This document shows, piece by piece, positions 1 to 18,519 of a stretch of 64,000 nt of DNA; positions within the stretch are counted from its first letter, which is position 1; the number at the start of each line of letters is the position of its first letter. The notes beneath the pieces were generated by a model, which worked only from the letters and a program-made list of their open reading frames with translations, made no database searches and had not been told where the DNA came from. This DNA comes from Basidiobolus meristosporus CBS 931.73. Its lineage: Eukaryota; Fungi; Basidiobolomycota. The position numbers were made by a program, and so were the translations under genes. Location: the NCBI GenBank assembly GCA_002104905.1, contig MCFE01000103.1, forward strand, positions 1-64,000, given 5' to 3'.

Positions 1-430
1 GGCGCTCCCGAAGAAAGTCCTTGCGTAATCTTTGGCAGATCTACTGGCTCATTAGTGAGACGAAATCATCAAACACACACCACTGAGAGAAGCAATCATC
101 CGGTAAATAGCGCTCAGGGACAGCTAATCCCGTCACATGATTGCTCTTTGGGCTTTCCCCTCGACGAACCGGCATTATGGTTGAAAATCTCGGGATGGCC
201 ACTCATTTGGTGGAACTGGTTTGTGATTACTATTGCGATAATGGGGTACAGAGAATGGTGTGTCACAATCATTTCGACTACCAATCTGCTTAGTTGCCAT
301 TGATGGAGCAGGACTTGCCAAAGCCATCCAACAGGAATATGACTCCTTTTCAAGTAGTTTTCATTTATTCTTCAAACATTTCCTTTTTCAAGTGACCACT
401 GCAATCATTCATCCTCATAACGTCTGTTGC

Positions 431-1129
431 TTACTTTCTCGGGCAATCTTTTGCAGCCTGCAAAATGAAGTCCGCCACTTCCTTCCCATGGCTGACCAAG
501 GAAGCATGACTGGCAGGCAGTGAGATGGTGGTGGAATTCGCACGCTTCGCCATCATCCGCTCAGCCTCAGGAGGAATCATCATGTCGTTTTCCGACACCT
601 GATACCAGGATGGTAGGCTCTTCCAAGCTGGTGGTCCACTCTTGTCAGTAAACCCTTGTCCCGCAATTGGATTTTGCACTGCCGCCATCACTGCTGCTTT
701 GTCGGGGCTTACATCAGCAGCAAAATCCTGATGATAATACTTCGGCTCTACCCAGAGGAAGCCATGCGAGTCAGGCTTGATGTGCTGTCCACTCTCCAGC
801 GCTGGATACTTGGAAAAGACATCGGCCAATGACTCACCTTCATCCAGTGCAAACCCAGCAATGAATACCAAACCGATAACATGGCTGACACCTGTTCCGG
901 CACCGGTAATCACAGCACAGCCATACGAATGGCCGACAAGGATGGTCGGGCCTTGAATGCTATCAAGTAGCTTCCGAAGCCTGTCCACATCGTCAGCAAG
1001 CGAAGTCAGAGGTAGCTGGGCAGAAACCACTTTGTGGCCTGACTGAAGTAACGTTGGGATGACATGACTCCAGCTAGAGCCATCGGCCCAGGCACCATGG
1101 ACTAGCACTATGTTTACGGGGGAAGTCAT
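431..1129 (-). CDS. Alpha/beta hydrolase (esterase-like), intronless, bacterial-type, 232 aa
   Basis: Single ORF with IVLVHGAWADGSSW oxyanion motif, GHSYG nucleophile elbow, NDMMIPP (Asp region) and ASHAS (His); no introns. Confidence 0.9.
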   Translation of the reverse strand: MTSPVNIVLVHGAWADGSSWSHVIPTLLQSGHKVVSAQLPLTSLADDVDRLRKLLDSIQGPTILVGHSYGCAVITGAGTGVSHVIGLVFIAGFALDEGESLADVFSKYPALESGQHIKPDSHGFLWVEPKYYHQDFAADVSPDKAAVMAAVQNPIAGQGFTDKSGPPAWKSLPSWYQVSENDMMIPPEAERMMAKRANSTTISLPASHASLVSHGKEVADFILQAAKDCPRK

Positions 1130-2197
1130 TCTTAAAGATTGAAGCAGCGTTGATCTAATATGAAATGGTACTCTATCCTCAATTTTATATCGGCCATCAC
1201 TCTGACTGGGCTAATGCATAATTCATTCACACATAGACGAAGTAGCTGATTCATGACGAACACGTTACCCTAGAATTCCGAGTACAGGGTGTTGGGAGCG
1301 GGGCAATGGTCTTATTTTTTAGATTGGTAGTCCCAATTGGGCCAGGAGATCGGTATATATCTAATCAATGCAGATCCAACTAAATTTCCAGTAAATCTAT
1401 TTGTTTGGTTTACCAAGTACCTATTCTCCAAATGGTATAGCATGTAGCATATTGTGGTGATTGGTATGCTGAGTTTCATATATATTGTATAGTCATCATT
1501 CTGGTCCAGCTGACTTTGAAGTAGTTACGCTAAATGAAAAATACCGAGTTTCAGTTTATCCATGATATCACAAAGGTATACGAATATCTCAAGCTAGCCA
1601 AGAAGCTGTTTGTAATGAAGAGTTCACACCTTAGGGAATGATCCGGAAACGAGCAATATTCATCATACATTTGACTGCATGATATTGTACTAGGAATAGC
1701 TTCCTATAGCTTTACTCATATTCATATTTTGGGATCTATATTAAGGACGAAATATATGGTTTCCTTTGTACGGAAATCGCCTAGATATTGTCCTGAACTC
1801 ATCAGCTTGCTAAACCAGTTCATGTATATTGGGGGAAATTTGGTGGAATTTGAATGAATTCACGTTTACTGCTTGACTTGCTGCATGGTTCTAATATGGC
1901 TTGTTATTGTACCACAAAAAAGATGGTATCTTGTAGAAACACAACATCCCAATTATTTGCAACATCAGCAAATGGAGCCCTGATCATGAGAGGATCTATT
2001 TACCAGGATGGTATCTTTATTGAATAAATAGCTACTCAAGGTAGAAGTTGTTTGAATATGGTGCATCCCCCATACCAAATATCACGAAGACCAATGCTAT
2101 ATTCATGTGGCAAATAGGGATCTGTCGAGTACAATATACCTTGCTGACTAACAAGATGAAATAACGCTCCCATATAGTACTTTCCAGCGAGGATAGC

Positions 2198-5563
<3,366 letters not shown>

Positions 5564-6007
5564 GTTTTGCTGCTTGTATGAGCCACTCTGCAGTTCTCTA
5601 AGATTGATGTATGTCCTCCAACAAGTTCTCGAATATGTGTTACAATGATGGTGTCCAGTCCATGTTAGATATATTCCCCTGAATATTAGCAATCGCCATT
5701 AATATTCCTGATGATAAGACAATCACCATAATTTCAGACAATGTTTGGCAACATTTCTCCTTTGAATTTCTGACGAATCTCTATCGGATTATGATGGGAG
5801 TCTAAATATGGCAATTCAGTGACTGTATTGGATACTCAGCCATGCTCTGCTGATGAGATGAATTGTTCTGGAAGTATAACACTGAGATAGAGAATGAAGT
5901 GTGAAGTCATGTATTAAGCAGAGCAAGAGACTTAGGGTTAGATACTCGTTCACAAGGCGTGGCGAATGCTATGAATGACAGAGAAGGGCTCAGATGTAGG
6001 AATCCAT

Positions 6008-6021
6008 GGGGGGGGGGGGGG
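6008..6021 (+). repeat. G14 homopolymer in the shared divergent promoter of the cullin pair
   Basis: 14 consecutive G between the start codons at 5563 (-) and 6207 (+). Confidence 0.9.
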
Positions 6022-6206
6022 TTAGCAGCTATATAGGAATCTGTAGAATTTAACAATCATGGAGATTTTAGTGGATTTGAGATGGTAACTGGAATGCAAT
6101 GCAATATGTGTAGCATACTAGCAAAGGTACAAACGAGCAGCTCGTGTTACAACTAAATCACCATCATCATATTAGTTTAGTGGAGTGGCTTTCACGGCTA
6201 TTGAAA

Positions 6207-9449
<3,243 letters not shown>

Positions 9450-9648
9450 ATGCATCTCTTGTCACCAACAAGGGCACGGCTTAAGATTACTCTGATTGTT
9501 TGGTTACATGACTGCTCAAGATTATTCAGAATTATAAAGAGATTTATCGATCAAATTATAGTAAACCCGTAGCTACACCCATAGCTACACATCAAAGAAA
9601 TTTCCCAAATTTGACCGATCCTCTCCTTTCTCGCATACCATAGATAAT

Positions 9649-10390
9649 ATGCTTTCCAAGGGAACCTTTCACATTGAGCCAAGTCAGAGCTTCCACCCCA
9701 ATTTTTTTCTGACTTTTCCAAGCTCCGAGCTAGCATCTCCTAACACTGGCTGTCAACTAAATGTGTTCTACGATCTTCCAAGAGATATCATCCTGGATCC
9801 GTACCAACTAAAAGATTTGGAATCCACCTTGGGTAGCGCTAAAATATATGGAAAGGTCGATCTGGAGGTCCCTGTGAGCGAGATTTCTGAAAACGAAACC
9901 CCTTCTCTTTTATTATCCCCGGTAATACCCTCCCAAGAGCCCGTCGAGTTGAAGGTTCCGGTACACATGAGATATCAGTATCCAGCAGCAAAAGGGAAAG
10001 GGACACACGAGAAGATAAATATACAGGCACCTTATGTATTTTGGAGTTGCCCTCAAGGTAACCTGAGCTATGTAGCAAAGAGCACATTGCGTTATTTTTG
10101 GCTAATTGCTTGAAACTTTCGCAGACGTAACTTTGGCAGACAAATTCGAAGTAGACCCACAACCACCATACTTGGTTCAAAAAGAGTTCCTTAGGACCGA
10201 TAATATATATCCACTCGTATTAAGTAATCAGAATATGACCCAGGAGATATTGGTGCCCAAAGGTCAACTAGAGGTGGAGCAGTGGGTACAAACTATCACG
10301 CTGGGCTGTATTGGGTTAAGCTTTGTGTGGGTAGTGTTTACTATCTCTCTCAAAGCATTTCGCAACTTCCGTCTTGCAAAAGAAGATTAA
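9649..10390 (+). CDS. PIGX: GPI mannosyltransferase I accessory subunit PIG-X/Pbn1 family
   Basis: SFHP, LPRDIILDPYQL, DLEVPV, VPVHMRYQ and LVPKG..V..IT plus a C-terminal TM helix; intron 10058-10124. The start codon is not certain. Confidence 0.8.
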
Positions 10391-10618
10391 TACTTAGGTA
10401 TAAATTGGGCTATTGCTCACGTATATTGTACAAAGCAATAAAATGACATCAGATCATATCTCTGTACCCAGAGCAGCACAATCACCATTCTGCAGTCCTT
10501 GAAATACCTGCCTTAAATGTACGAGAATGCTAAATTTGCATGATTTAATTTCGATTTCTCCCATTAGACAAGTTCATTCTCCATAATACACGGGAGTAAC
10601 GCAACGCGGATGTTGGAC

Positions 10619-11555
10619 ATGGCTTCTACCCCGAGAAGATTAAAGGTGAGCATTCCAAGCGGGTACGAATCCCCGAACAGAAACACCCCCGCCTTCTTTC
10701 CGGCCTTTCTAATCGAACCAATCAACCTAGGGAATCTCCCTTTCCAAATCTATCGTTTATGGAACAATTGCAACTCCCATTTCGAGCAAAAAGGCCATCG
10801 AGCCTGGCTCTCATACACACAACTGGGTGGTTTCTGTTCGTGGCGTGAATAACGAGGACATCTCTCCTTTTATCAAGAAGGTGAACTTTAAGCTACACGA
10901 GTCGTTCGCGAATCCCAATCGAGGTAGGCGGCGTGTGATTTTTGTTCTCGCAGTAAGTTTCAGTCGATGGATACTTATCGTCCCTTCAGTAGTTGAAAAA
11001 GCCCCCTTTGAGGTGAGTGAGACCGGCTGGGGTGAGTTCGAAATCGTCATCAAGATATACTTCAATAGTGTGAGCCACGAGAAGCCCGTCACTCTATATC
11101 ATCCTCTGAGACTGCATCCGTATGAGGATCTTGACAAAGTAAAAGCATCCGGAAAGAACCCGATTGTACAATACTATCAATATGAAGAATTGGTATGTGT
11201 CCTGAGTTGCGACGGGTTCGTTGAGCTAACTTGTGCTGTTTAGATCTTCAATGAGCCAACTGAGGCTATGTACAAATTACTGACCGAGAGTGGATCCTCT
11301 ACTCTACCCCTTCGTCGAACTGAAAAGCATAGATTCAGTAAGCCAGACCGATAGATTTCGTATCCAAACGCGGGCTAACTAGATGGATTGACCTTAGGTG
11401 TTGAGTATGAGCAAGAGGAGCTTGAACGGTTGGAAGCTGTTCATCAGGAAATCCAATCAAAAACTCGGAGCTACGTGGGCAGAATTCAAAGCCTCAACGA
11501 AGAACTTGCCAGGTATCGCAGTCAGTTGGCGGCACTTGAAGAAGCGAGAAAATAA
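10619..11555 (+). CDS. YAF9: YEATS-domain protein Yaf9/GAS41 (NuA4/SWR1 subunit), multi-exon
   Basis: IVYG, HTHNW, KVNFKLHESFANPNR, APFEVSETGWGEF, YHPLRLHPY, YQYEE; C-terminal coiled coil. Confidence 0.92.
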
Positions 11556-11682
11556 TAGAAATGTGTATATAATAAATGATTTTATTGAAGTATGTCGCGA
11601 GAAACGATGCAATTACATGTTGTGTAGTCTACATTTGGTCATTTGGTCAAATACATGCAATCATCTATGCCCTCCAGTCCAC

Positions 11683-13307
11683 TTATTTGTTCACTTGAAC
11701 CGAGCGCTTGAACATGCGAACGATCTCATCTTCCTGCTCTTCAGTTGGTAACATATCATCATCGCTTTCGCTTTCTTCTTCGTCGTCCTCCTCTTCCTCT
11801 TCTTCTTCTTCCTCCTCCTCCTCCTCCTCCTCCTCTTCTTCTTCACTGGTTTCCTCCTCTACATGTCTGGAAACATATTAGCCACCGTCAACAGAATAGG
11901 AGTCTGAATGGTAACAAGTACTAACCTAGCATTGTGGTTTGGATTTTCGAAAAGGAGATCGTCATCATCATCCTCTTCTACACAATAGTTAACAGAAACT
12001 CAAAAGCAGAGGGTCCATGCGTGATTCATACCTCTTTTGCGCTGGTGATCTTCTTCGATACTTGCCAACCATTCATTCTGTACTCTCACGATGTCGGCCG
12101 AATCCTTGCATGCGACATACTTCTTGAGGATTTCTCTGGTGAAGATCCGATCAATATGCTGCACCCTTGGAATCTTGGTGTGCGACTTACTCATTGATTT
12201 CCTTGAATCCGTGGCCCCATTTGAACTTACTCATGATCTCGTCACCATATTCATCGAGGCCTGGTTTGGTACTCAGTTCAGCGATCATATCAATAACAAA
12301 TCATACATGGAAGATGAACCTACCGCAAATGTAGAAGCAGGCGGCGTATGCTTCAGCGCAATTTAATCTGAGCGGCTTTCCATAGTTGACTGGGTTAGCC
12401 GCAACTAAGAAGGGCACTGAGGTGTACGGCCATTAGATGGATTAGCAAGTCATTCCGGGTTCCTTTCAATGAGGTGGCTACTTACAGAGTCTATTATGCT
12501 TAGCACGCAATCTGTTGAGTGGGACCTCGTCTAATTTAGCCCAAGAACATTCGACCACTGCGATACCGTGCTCCAATATAATGTCTTTGTCTTCGGGAGA
12601 GACCGCTTGTTTTCCGGTGGGACTAAACCAGTAAACATCCTTGAGATAATGGCGGTCTGAAACCAGCTTACGCTTGCAGCTTACCTAAGTACGATTCCTC
12701 GGAATCCTTGAGTGACCTTAAGAGATCTGACCATTCCCAAACGTTCCAATCTCTTACCCGAGCAACGCTTAGGATCGCATTGCTCGAAATCCTGTTGGTA
12801 AGAGCAGTCGACCAAAAAATTAGCCACAAAGCCAGGGAACAACACGCATTCACCATACTTGCCCACATAGCAAGAGGAACAGGAATCTTTCGACCCGACG
12901 TTTCTAAAGATCAGAAAATACCCGGAGTTTCAGCAACAAGACTCTCCTCGAAACCGAACCGAACTAACAAATGTGTGTCAAGAAACCTTGGACTTCGCTT
13001 AAGTCACCGGCATTTTCCACCACCTCACGAACTCTACAGAGAGGAGGAAAAACGGTTAAAAACCCAGGTGATCATGGGAAGCGGGTTTCTTGGTTTCCTC
13101 AGGAGCCTGGATATGCTACAGAAGAGGGCTTCTTCCGAGGGCACTGCAGTGCTTCCTATCTTTCGACCCAAGAACTTTACTGGAGAAATGAATGAACCTG
13201 TTCCCACGCTCGTATTTTTTGTCGTTTCGACCTTTGGAATTCTTTTTGACCGATTTGTGGTGGTGCTTCCCGTGGCCACCGCCTTCTTCGCTTCCTTTTC
13301 TACCCAT
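11683..13307 (-). CDS. TSR3: 18S rRNA aminocarboxypropyltransferase Tsr3, multi-exon
   Basis: PVPLAMW|[29 protein letters not shown]-type region, FKWGHGF-type segment, YVACKDS, acidic C-terminal tail; basic MGRKG N-terminus. Exon structure of the first ~400 bp is uncertain. Confidence 0.88.
11774..11843 (-). repeat. (GAG/GAA)n trinucleotide tract encoding the poly-Glu tail of Tsr3
   Basis: TCC/TTC repeat run on + strand, in frame with the Tsr3 C-terminus. Confidence 0.85.
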
Positions 13308-13564
13308 GAAGGTGATTTATCGAAGAGAAAACAATCCTTCGACGGTTCGACCCGTTGACTAGAGTCGTTCGATTTTTTTTTCCTAATGAGGAGTCGACGT
13401 TGACTGGGATTGGGAGAGCAGGTATTCCTCGCAAGCGAATCCCATCCATTTCCGGGAGAAATCCCATATTAATCACAGACTTTGGATCATTTGGAGAGCA
13501 CAGCTGAATTTCAGTCGCTTTAATGAATATTTACCAAACAATGGATACAAGAGGAATGGAAAAT

Positions 13565-15646
13565 TTAGAAGATTTTGGCAATCAGGTGTGGTACGGGTTT
13601 GTTTTTGTAGTATGTAAGTGTCTTCTGTGCCTTCTCGGCAACATTGGCTGCTGTGAACCCGAAGCGTTCGTAGAGTTGCTCATAGGGCGCCGACGAACCA
13701 AACCCTTTCATTCCTACCGAAGCATGCGCATATCGAGACCATCCAAAGGTGGACATCGCCTCGACACTAAGCACAGGGATGCCTTCGGGGAATACCGACT
13801 CTTTGTATGACTGCTCCTGCTCCTCGAACAATTCCATTGAAGGCATGGAAACTACACGGGTGCTAACTCCCTTCTTCTCCAGCTCCTTGGCGGCATCCAC
13901 GATGATGGATACCTCGGAACCGGTGGCAACAAGAATGATCTGTGGCTTATCAGATCCTTGCAGCACATAGCCCCCCTTCAGCACGTTCTCAATCGATGAC
14001 CCCTCCAGGTGGGGTAAGTTCTGTCGAGTTAGTGCAATAACACTGGGGCGGGTTTTGTTCTGGAATGCAGACAAATAAGCGCCCGACACTTCATTACCAT
14101 CCGCGGGTCGGAACACTAGTGTATTAGGTGTAGCGCGAAGAGTGGCCAGGGTTTCGATAGGCTGGTGAGTGGGGCCATCCTCACCTAATCCAATCGAGTC
14201 ATGAGTCATGATGTAGATGACGCGTAGATGTGATAGTGCAGACAGTCTGGAAGCACCCACAGCATACGAGATAAAATTCAGGAATGTCGATGCGAATGGG
14301 ATCAACGGGCCGTATGCTGCGATACCATTTGATATGGCAGCCATGCCGTGCTCACGAACACCAAATCGAATATAGCGACCCGAGTAGTCGCCCAGACCGG
14401 TGCTCTTGGGTTGGAAATCCACCGCCGTTTTCCATCTGGTGAGGTTGGAGTGGGTAAGATCGGCAGAGCCACCAACCAGCTCGGGTACTTTGTCGGCAAT
14501 AGCATTCAGAAGTGTCTCGGACAGCTTTCTTGTGGCGGTGGGGGCGTCCGAGGGTTTGTAGCGGGGGAGTGCCTCGGCAAGCCCAGCTGGAAGCTCACCA
14601 GCAAAGCGGCGTTTGAACTCCTTCGCAAGGTCTGGATATTTCTCGCTGTACTTCTTGAAAGTCTCGTTCCACTCGTTCTCGTATTTGGCTCCTTGGCTCT
14701 TGATTTGCCCGTAGAACTCGTACACATCATCAGGGACATGGAACTTCTGACTTCCATCAAAGCCAAACTTGGTCTTGACTTTGACAATATCATCCTCCTT
14801 CAAAGGAGCACCATGCACTTTCTCGGTTCCCTCGAGGAGAGATCCGTAGCCAATGGTGGTATGGATCTTGATGATAGTCGGCTTATCTGTCACTTTTTTG
14901 GCTTCTTCAATGGCCTTGGCGATGGCTGCAATATCGTTGTCACCATCTTTGACGGATAAGGTATGCCATCCGTAAGCTTCAAACCGCTTGAGGACATCCT
15001 CAGTAAAGCTAAGATCAGTGCTACCGTCGATCTGGATATTGTTGGCATCATATAACGCAATAAGCTTGCCCAGTTTAAGGTGACCAGCTAGTGAGGCTGC
15101 CTCAGAAGCCACGCCTTCTTGCAGACAACCATCGCCTAGAATAGAGAATGTGTAGTTGTCGATAATCTTGAAGTCGTCTTTGTTGAAAACAGCTTCCATG
15201 TGAGCCTCAGCGAGCGCAAGACCCACGGCATTGGATATTCCCTGGCCTAAAGGACCGGTGGTCACCTCGATACCGTCGGTCATGTAATTCTCAGGATGGC
15301 CAGGACAGATACTGTCCAACTGACGGAAAGTCTTCAGATCATCCAGGGTTACTTTGTACCCCAAGAGATGGAGAAGAACGTATTGTAGAGCGCAGCTATG
15401 CCCATTCGACAGGACAAAGCGATCCCGGTTAGGCCATGATGGGTTTGCAGGGTTGAACTTCATGTATTTTGAAAACAGTACATGTGCCATTGGCGCGCAC
15501 CCCATGGGGGCCCCAGGATGGCCAGAGTTTGCTTTGAAAACCACATCAGCGGCGAGTGTGCGAATGGTGTTAATACAACGAAAATCTTTGGAATCGCTCA
15601 TATTCAAGTTGCTCACGAGAGGAACAGAAAGCGTAGGTGTGGACAT
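13565..15646 (-). CDS. TKL1: Transketolase, 693 aa, intronless
   Basis: ANSGHPGAPMG, DRFVLSNGH, GHPE, TTGPLGQG, GDGCLQEG (TPP binding), RFGVREH, THDSIGLGEDGPTHQP. Confidence 0.97.
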   Translation of the reverse strand: MSTPTLSVPLVSNLNMSDSKDFRCINTIRTLAADVVFKANSGHPGAPMGCAPMAHVLFSKYMKFNPANPSWPNRDRFVLSNGHSCALQYVLLHLLGYKVTLDDLKTFRQLDSICPGHPENYMTDGIEVTTGPLGQGISNAVGLALAEAHMEAVFNKDDFKIIDNYTFSILGDGCLQEGVASEAASLAGHLKLGKLIALYDANNIQIDGSTDLSFTEDVLKRFEAYGWHTLSVKDGDNDIAAIAKAIEEAKKVTDKPTIIKIHTTIGYGSLLEGTEKVHGAPLKEDDIVKVKTKFGFDGSQKFHVPDDVYEFYGQIKSQGAKYENEWNETFKKYSEKYPDLAKEFKRRFAGELPAGLAEALPRYKPSDAPTATRKLSETLLNAIADKVPELVGGSADLTHSNLTRWKTAVDFQPKSTGLGDYSGRYIRFGVREHGMAAISNGIAAYGPLIPFASTFLNFISYAVGASRLSALSHLRVIYIMTHDSIGLGEDGPTHQPIETLATLRATPNTLVFRPADGNEVSGAYLSAFQNKTRPSVIALTRQNLPHLEGSSIENVLKGGYVLQGSDKPQIILVATGSEVSIIVDAAKELEKKGVSTRVVSMPSMELFEEQEQSYKESVFPEGIPVLSVEAMSTFGWSRYAHASVGMKGFGSSAPYEQLYERFGFTAANVAEKAQKTLTYYKNKPVPHLIAKIF

Positions 15647-16391
15647 CCCTAGACCGCCACCGTCATGCTTTTATACACGAGGGATCGGTGTTTCAGAAAA
15701 CTGATTTTACAGTGATTTACCATTACGAAGTACTGCCTTCGTAAGCTGCTCGGCCCAGGCTCACCAATGGGAGCCAGCTATTGCTGCAGGTATCTTAGAT
15801 AACACGATTATGAGGTGGCCTAATATTACTAATGGATTATGCTCCGTAGTGAATTGGATGGCTTACTGGGCCAGGAACCAACATTTAGTCATTCTTCCGC
15901 TTACGACCAAGTTAGGCTAGCGTGTATTGATAGGTTAATCCGATTCATAACACTTGAACCACGCTCCGGAAAAACCGCCTGGAATGGGCTCTCTTCGCAG
16001 CGCTGTCATTAGCCTGCTCTTCAGGCTGAGTACAGTGGCTTGGGCGAAGGGTCGAATGTGCGTTTTCATTAGGCAACCCAACATCGTAGGTTTCTCTGAA
16101 TCATGGACTGTAAACTCATGTGACCACTGGATGGGGGGCCCAGGGATTGGCTCATATTTCTCTCATTCATATGCTGTAATCGTACGAGGGTGTGTACGAC
16201 ACTGCTGCACTAGCAGTCTTTTTGGATCAATCAGGGTGACGACACCTCCCATTCCAGGGCTGATATGAGGATTCTAATTCGTCATGAGTGACCTTCTTTT
16301 CCATAGTAACTACAACTCCTATTACTCCCCTTAAATTTGTGAGCCTCCGCCAGACCAAGAGTAAGTTCCTCTTTGCACTATTAACGACATA

Positions 16392-17370
16392 ATGGAATCC
16401 TCCAAGGCCGACCAAGTCTACATGGCTAAGCTAGCTGAGCAAGCTGAGCGATATGATGGTAGCGTAGTGCTAGTGTTCCTTTCTGCGCCAGCATGCTGAC
16501 TCAGTTCTACTTTCCCTTAAGAAATGGTAACGTTCATGAAAAAGGTGGCAGCTCTTGGAGAGGAGCTTACTGTGGAGGAGCGGAACCTTTTGTCGGTGGC
16601 CTACAAAAACGTCATAGGCGCGCGTCGTGCCTCTTGGCGTATTGTCTCTTCCATTGAGCAAAAGGAAGAGAGCAAGGGTAACGAGGCCCAACTATCCAAA
16701 GTTCGCTCCTACAGAAATAAAATCGAACTTGAGCTTAGCGAAATATGCCACGATGTTCTGAAAGTTCTCGACGAACACCTTGTTCCCAAAGCCGTCAATG
16801 GGGAATCCAAGGTGTTCTATCTCAAGATGTAAGTTGGCCAAGCACCGGACTCGATGTTGACCAGGCATGATTGACAAGGATTTCTCTTGAATCTAGGAAA
16901 GGCGACTACTATCGCTATCTTTCGGAATTCGCCGCTGAGGACAAGCGCAAAGAGACTGCCGATCAATCGCTAGAGGCATACAAGGCTGCCAGCGATGTGG
17001 CGGTGACTGATTTGGCCCCCACGCATCCCATTCGTCTCGGCCTTGCTCTGAACTTCTCCGTGTTCTACTACGAGATCCTGAATTCGTCTGACCGTGCATG
17101 CCACCTTGCCAAACAAGCCTTTGACGATGCCATTGCCGAGTTGGACACCCTCAGCGAGGAAAGCTACAAGGATAGCACCCTTATCATGCAGCTTCTGAGA
17201 GATAACCTTACTCTTTGGAGCTCTGATATTCAGGATTCTGGTAAGAAGGCCCACATGCCGTAATGTACTAGAGAACCATCACGCTGAACTCTTTTCTCAC
17301 CATTGCAGAGAAACCTGACGAGAAGGATAAGGAGGCCGAAGAGGATGACAAGGACAACGAGGATATCTAG
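16392..17370 (+). CDS. BMH1: 14-3-3 protein, multi-exon
   Basis: [13 protein letters not shown]|[70 protein letters not shown]. Confidence 0.96.
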
Positions 17371-17849
17371 GGAGCGCTTGGTCCATGGCACTTCAGTATA
17401 ATGAAAGAATCAAGCGACACTGCATTCTTTGGTTGAACACAAGATTCATAACAGATTATTCCCTGCCGACATCAATGGACTTCCCTTCTTGATGCTTGTT
17501 TGATTCAATTGAAGTCTATATAAACCTTAATTACCCAAGAGCTCAAGTGTCGTAAATTACCTGGACGTAAATTACTCTGAGGGGGATCCGTGGTGATCAT
17601 CGATTGGTTAGATGGGAAGGAGTGTGGCTGTGTTTCACCTAGGATACTCGTGATTTAATATGAACTTATCTATCAAATTAGGTTACATCCAATTGAGCGT
17701 AGGTTACCTTCCATCCATACGACCTCGGAATTCTTTTGACATATCTATCCAAAATATATGTATATTGAAGCCAGTCCAAGCTATTTAAATCGGAGTTGAC
17801 GTTTCGAGAATCTTAATTCACACCCATCTCTGCCTGACCTCGTCTCGCC

Positions 17850-18197
17850 ATGTTGTCTTTTACCAAATCGTTCGCAGTGATCGCCCTTCTGCTATCTCCA
17901 ATGGTAGCCCGTGGCTTCGAGATTCCCAACCTTCCCGACTGTAACATCTGCTTCAGTGCTCTACCGGAGGGCTGCAAGGACATCATGAAGGAGGCCAAGA
18001 CCTCCACCAAGAACGGACTCCGTGCAATGACCGAATGTATATGTACCGATGAATACTTTACCGTGTTCTCTAGCTGCGCTGGCTGCTCCGCCAAAATCAT
18101 GGGAGTCTTCACCAAATCCCCCACCGAAGAAGATTTCAAGCAGACCAAGGATGCATGCACCAAGCTTCTTGAATACACGAAAGCCCAGTCGAAATAG
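17850..18197 (+). CDS. Small secreted cysteine-rich protein (115 aa, 8 Cys)
   Basis: Hydrophobic signal peptide (MLSFTKSFAVIALLLSPMVARG); Cys at 31, 34, 42, 63, 65, 76, 79, 103; TATTTAAA about 65 bp upstream; no introns. Confidence 0.8.
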   Translation: MLSFTKSFAVIALLLSPMVARGFEIPNLPDCNICFSALPEGCKDIMKEAKTSTKNGLRAMTECICTDEYFTVFSSCAGCSAKIMGVFTKSPTEEDFKQTKDACTKLLEYTKAQSK

Positions 18198-18519
18198 GCG
18201 CGACAACGGGTTCCCGGTGAACTGGTCTTTACCACCCTACCATTCCCCTAGATTTCCGCCCCTGCCCTGACTCACCCTCACCCTCACCTCCCCCACCTTC
18301 TCTTAATGTACTATGACCGATCGGTGTAAAGGTTGCTAATGAAAAGATATGTTTACATACGCGGATGGTTGTTTCTTGTGATGGGCGGGTGACTAGTCGC
18401 GTGGGATCGCCCCTCGTTTATTTACAAATAGTAAGGTTAGAGATGGAGTTGGGTTAGAATAGCGATGGTTGTGGTGTTGTGGAATAGCGATAGTTGAAGT
18501 GGCGATCATCGTGAGCTTG

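Noticed and set aside
1140-2190. Possible decayed coding sequence between the hydrolase and CUL1a
   Set aside because: Many stops in every frame examined and no recognisable motif.
13341-13356. tRNA T-loop-like GGTTCGACCC
   Set aside because: 6-nt loop, no D-arm, A-box or acceptor stem.
15650-16390. TPP riboswitch upstream of transketolase
   Set aside because: Only an isolated GCTGAG; the other conserved aptamer segments are absent on both strands.
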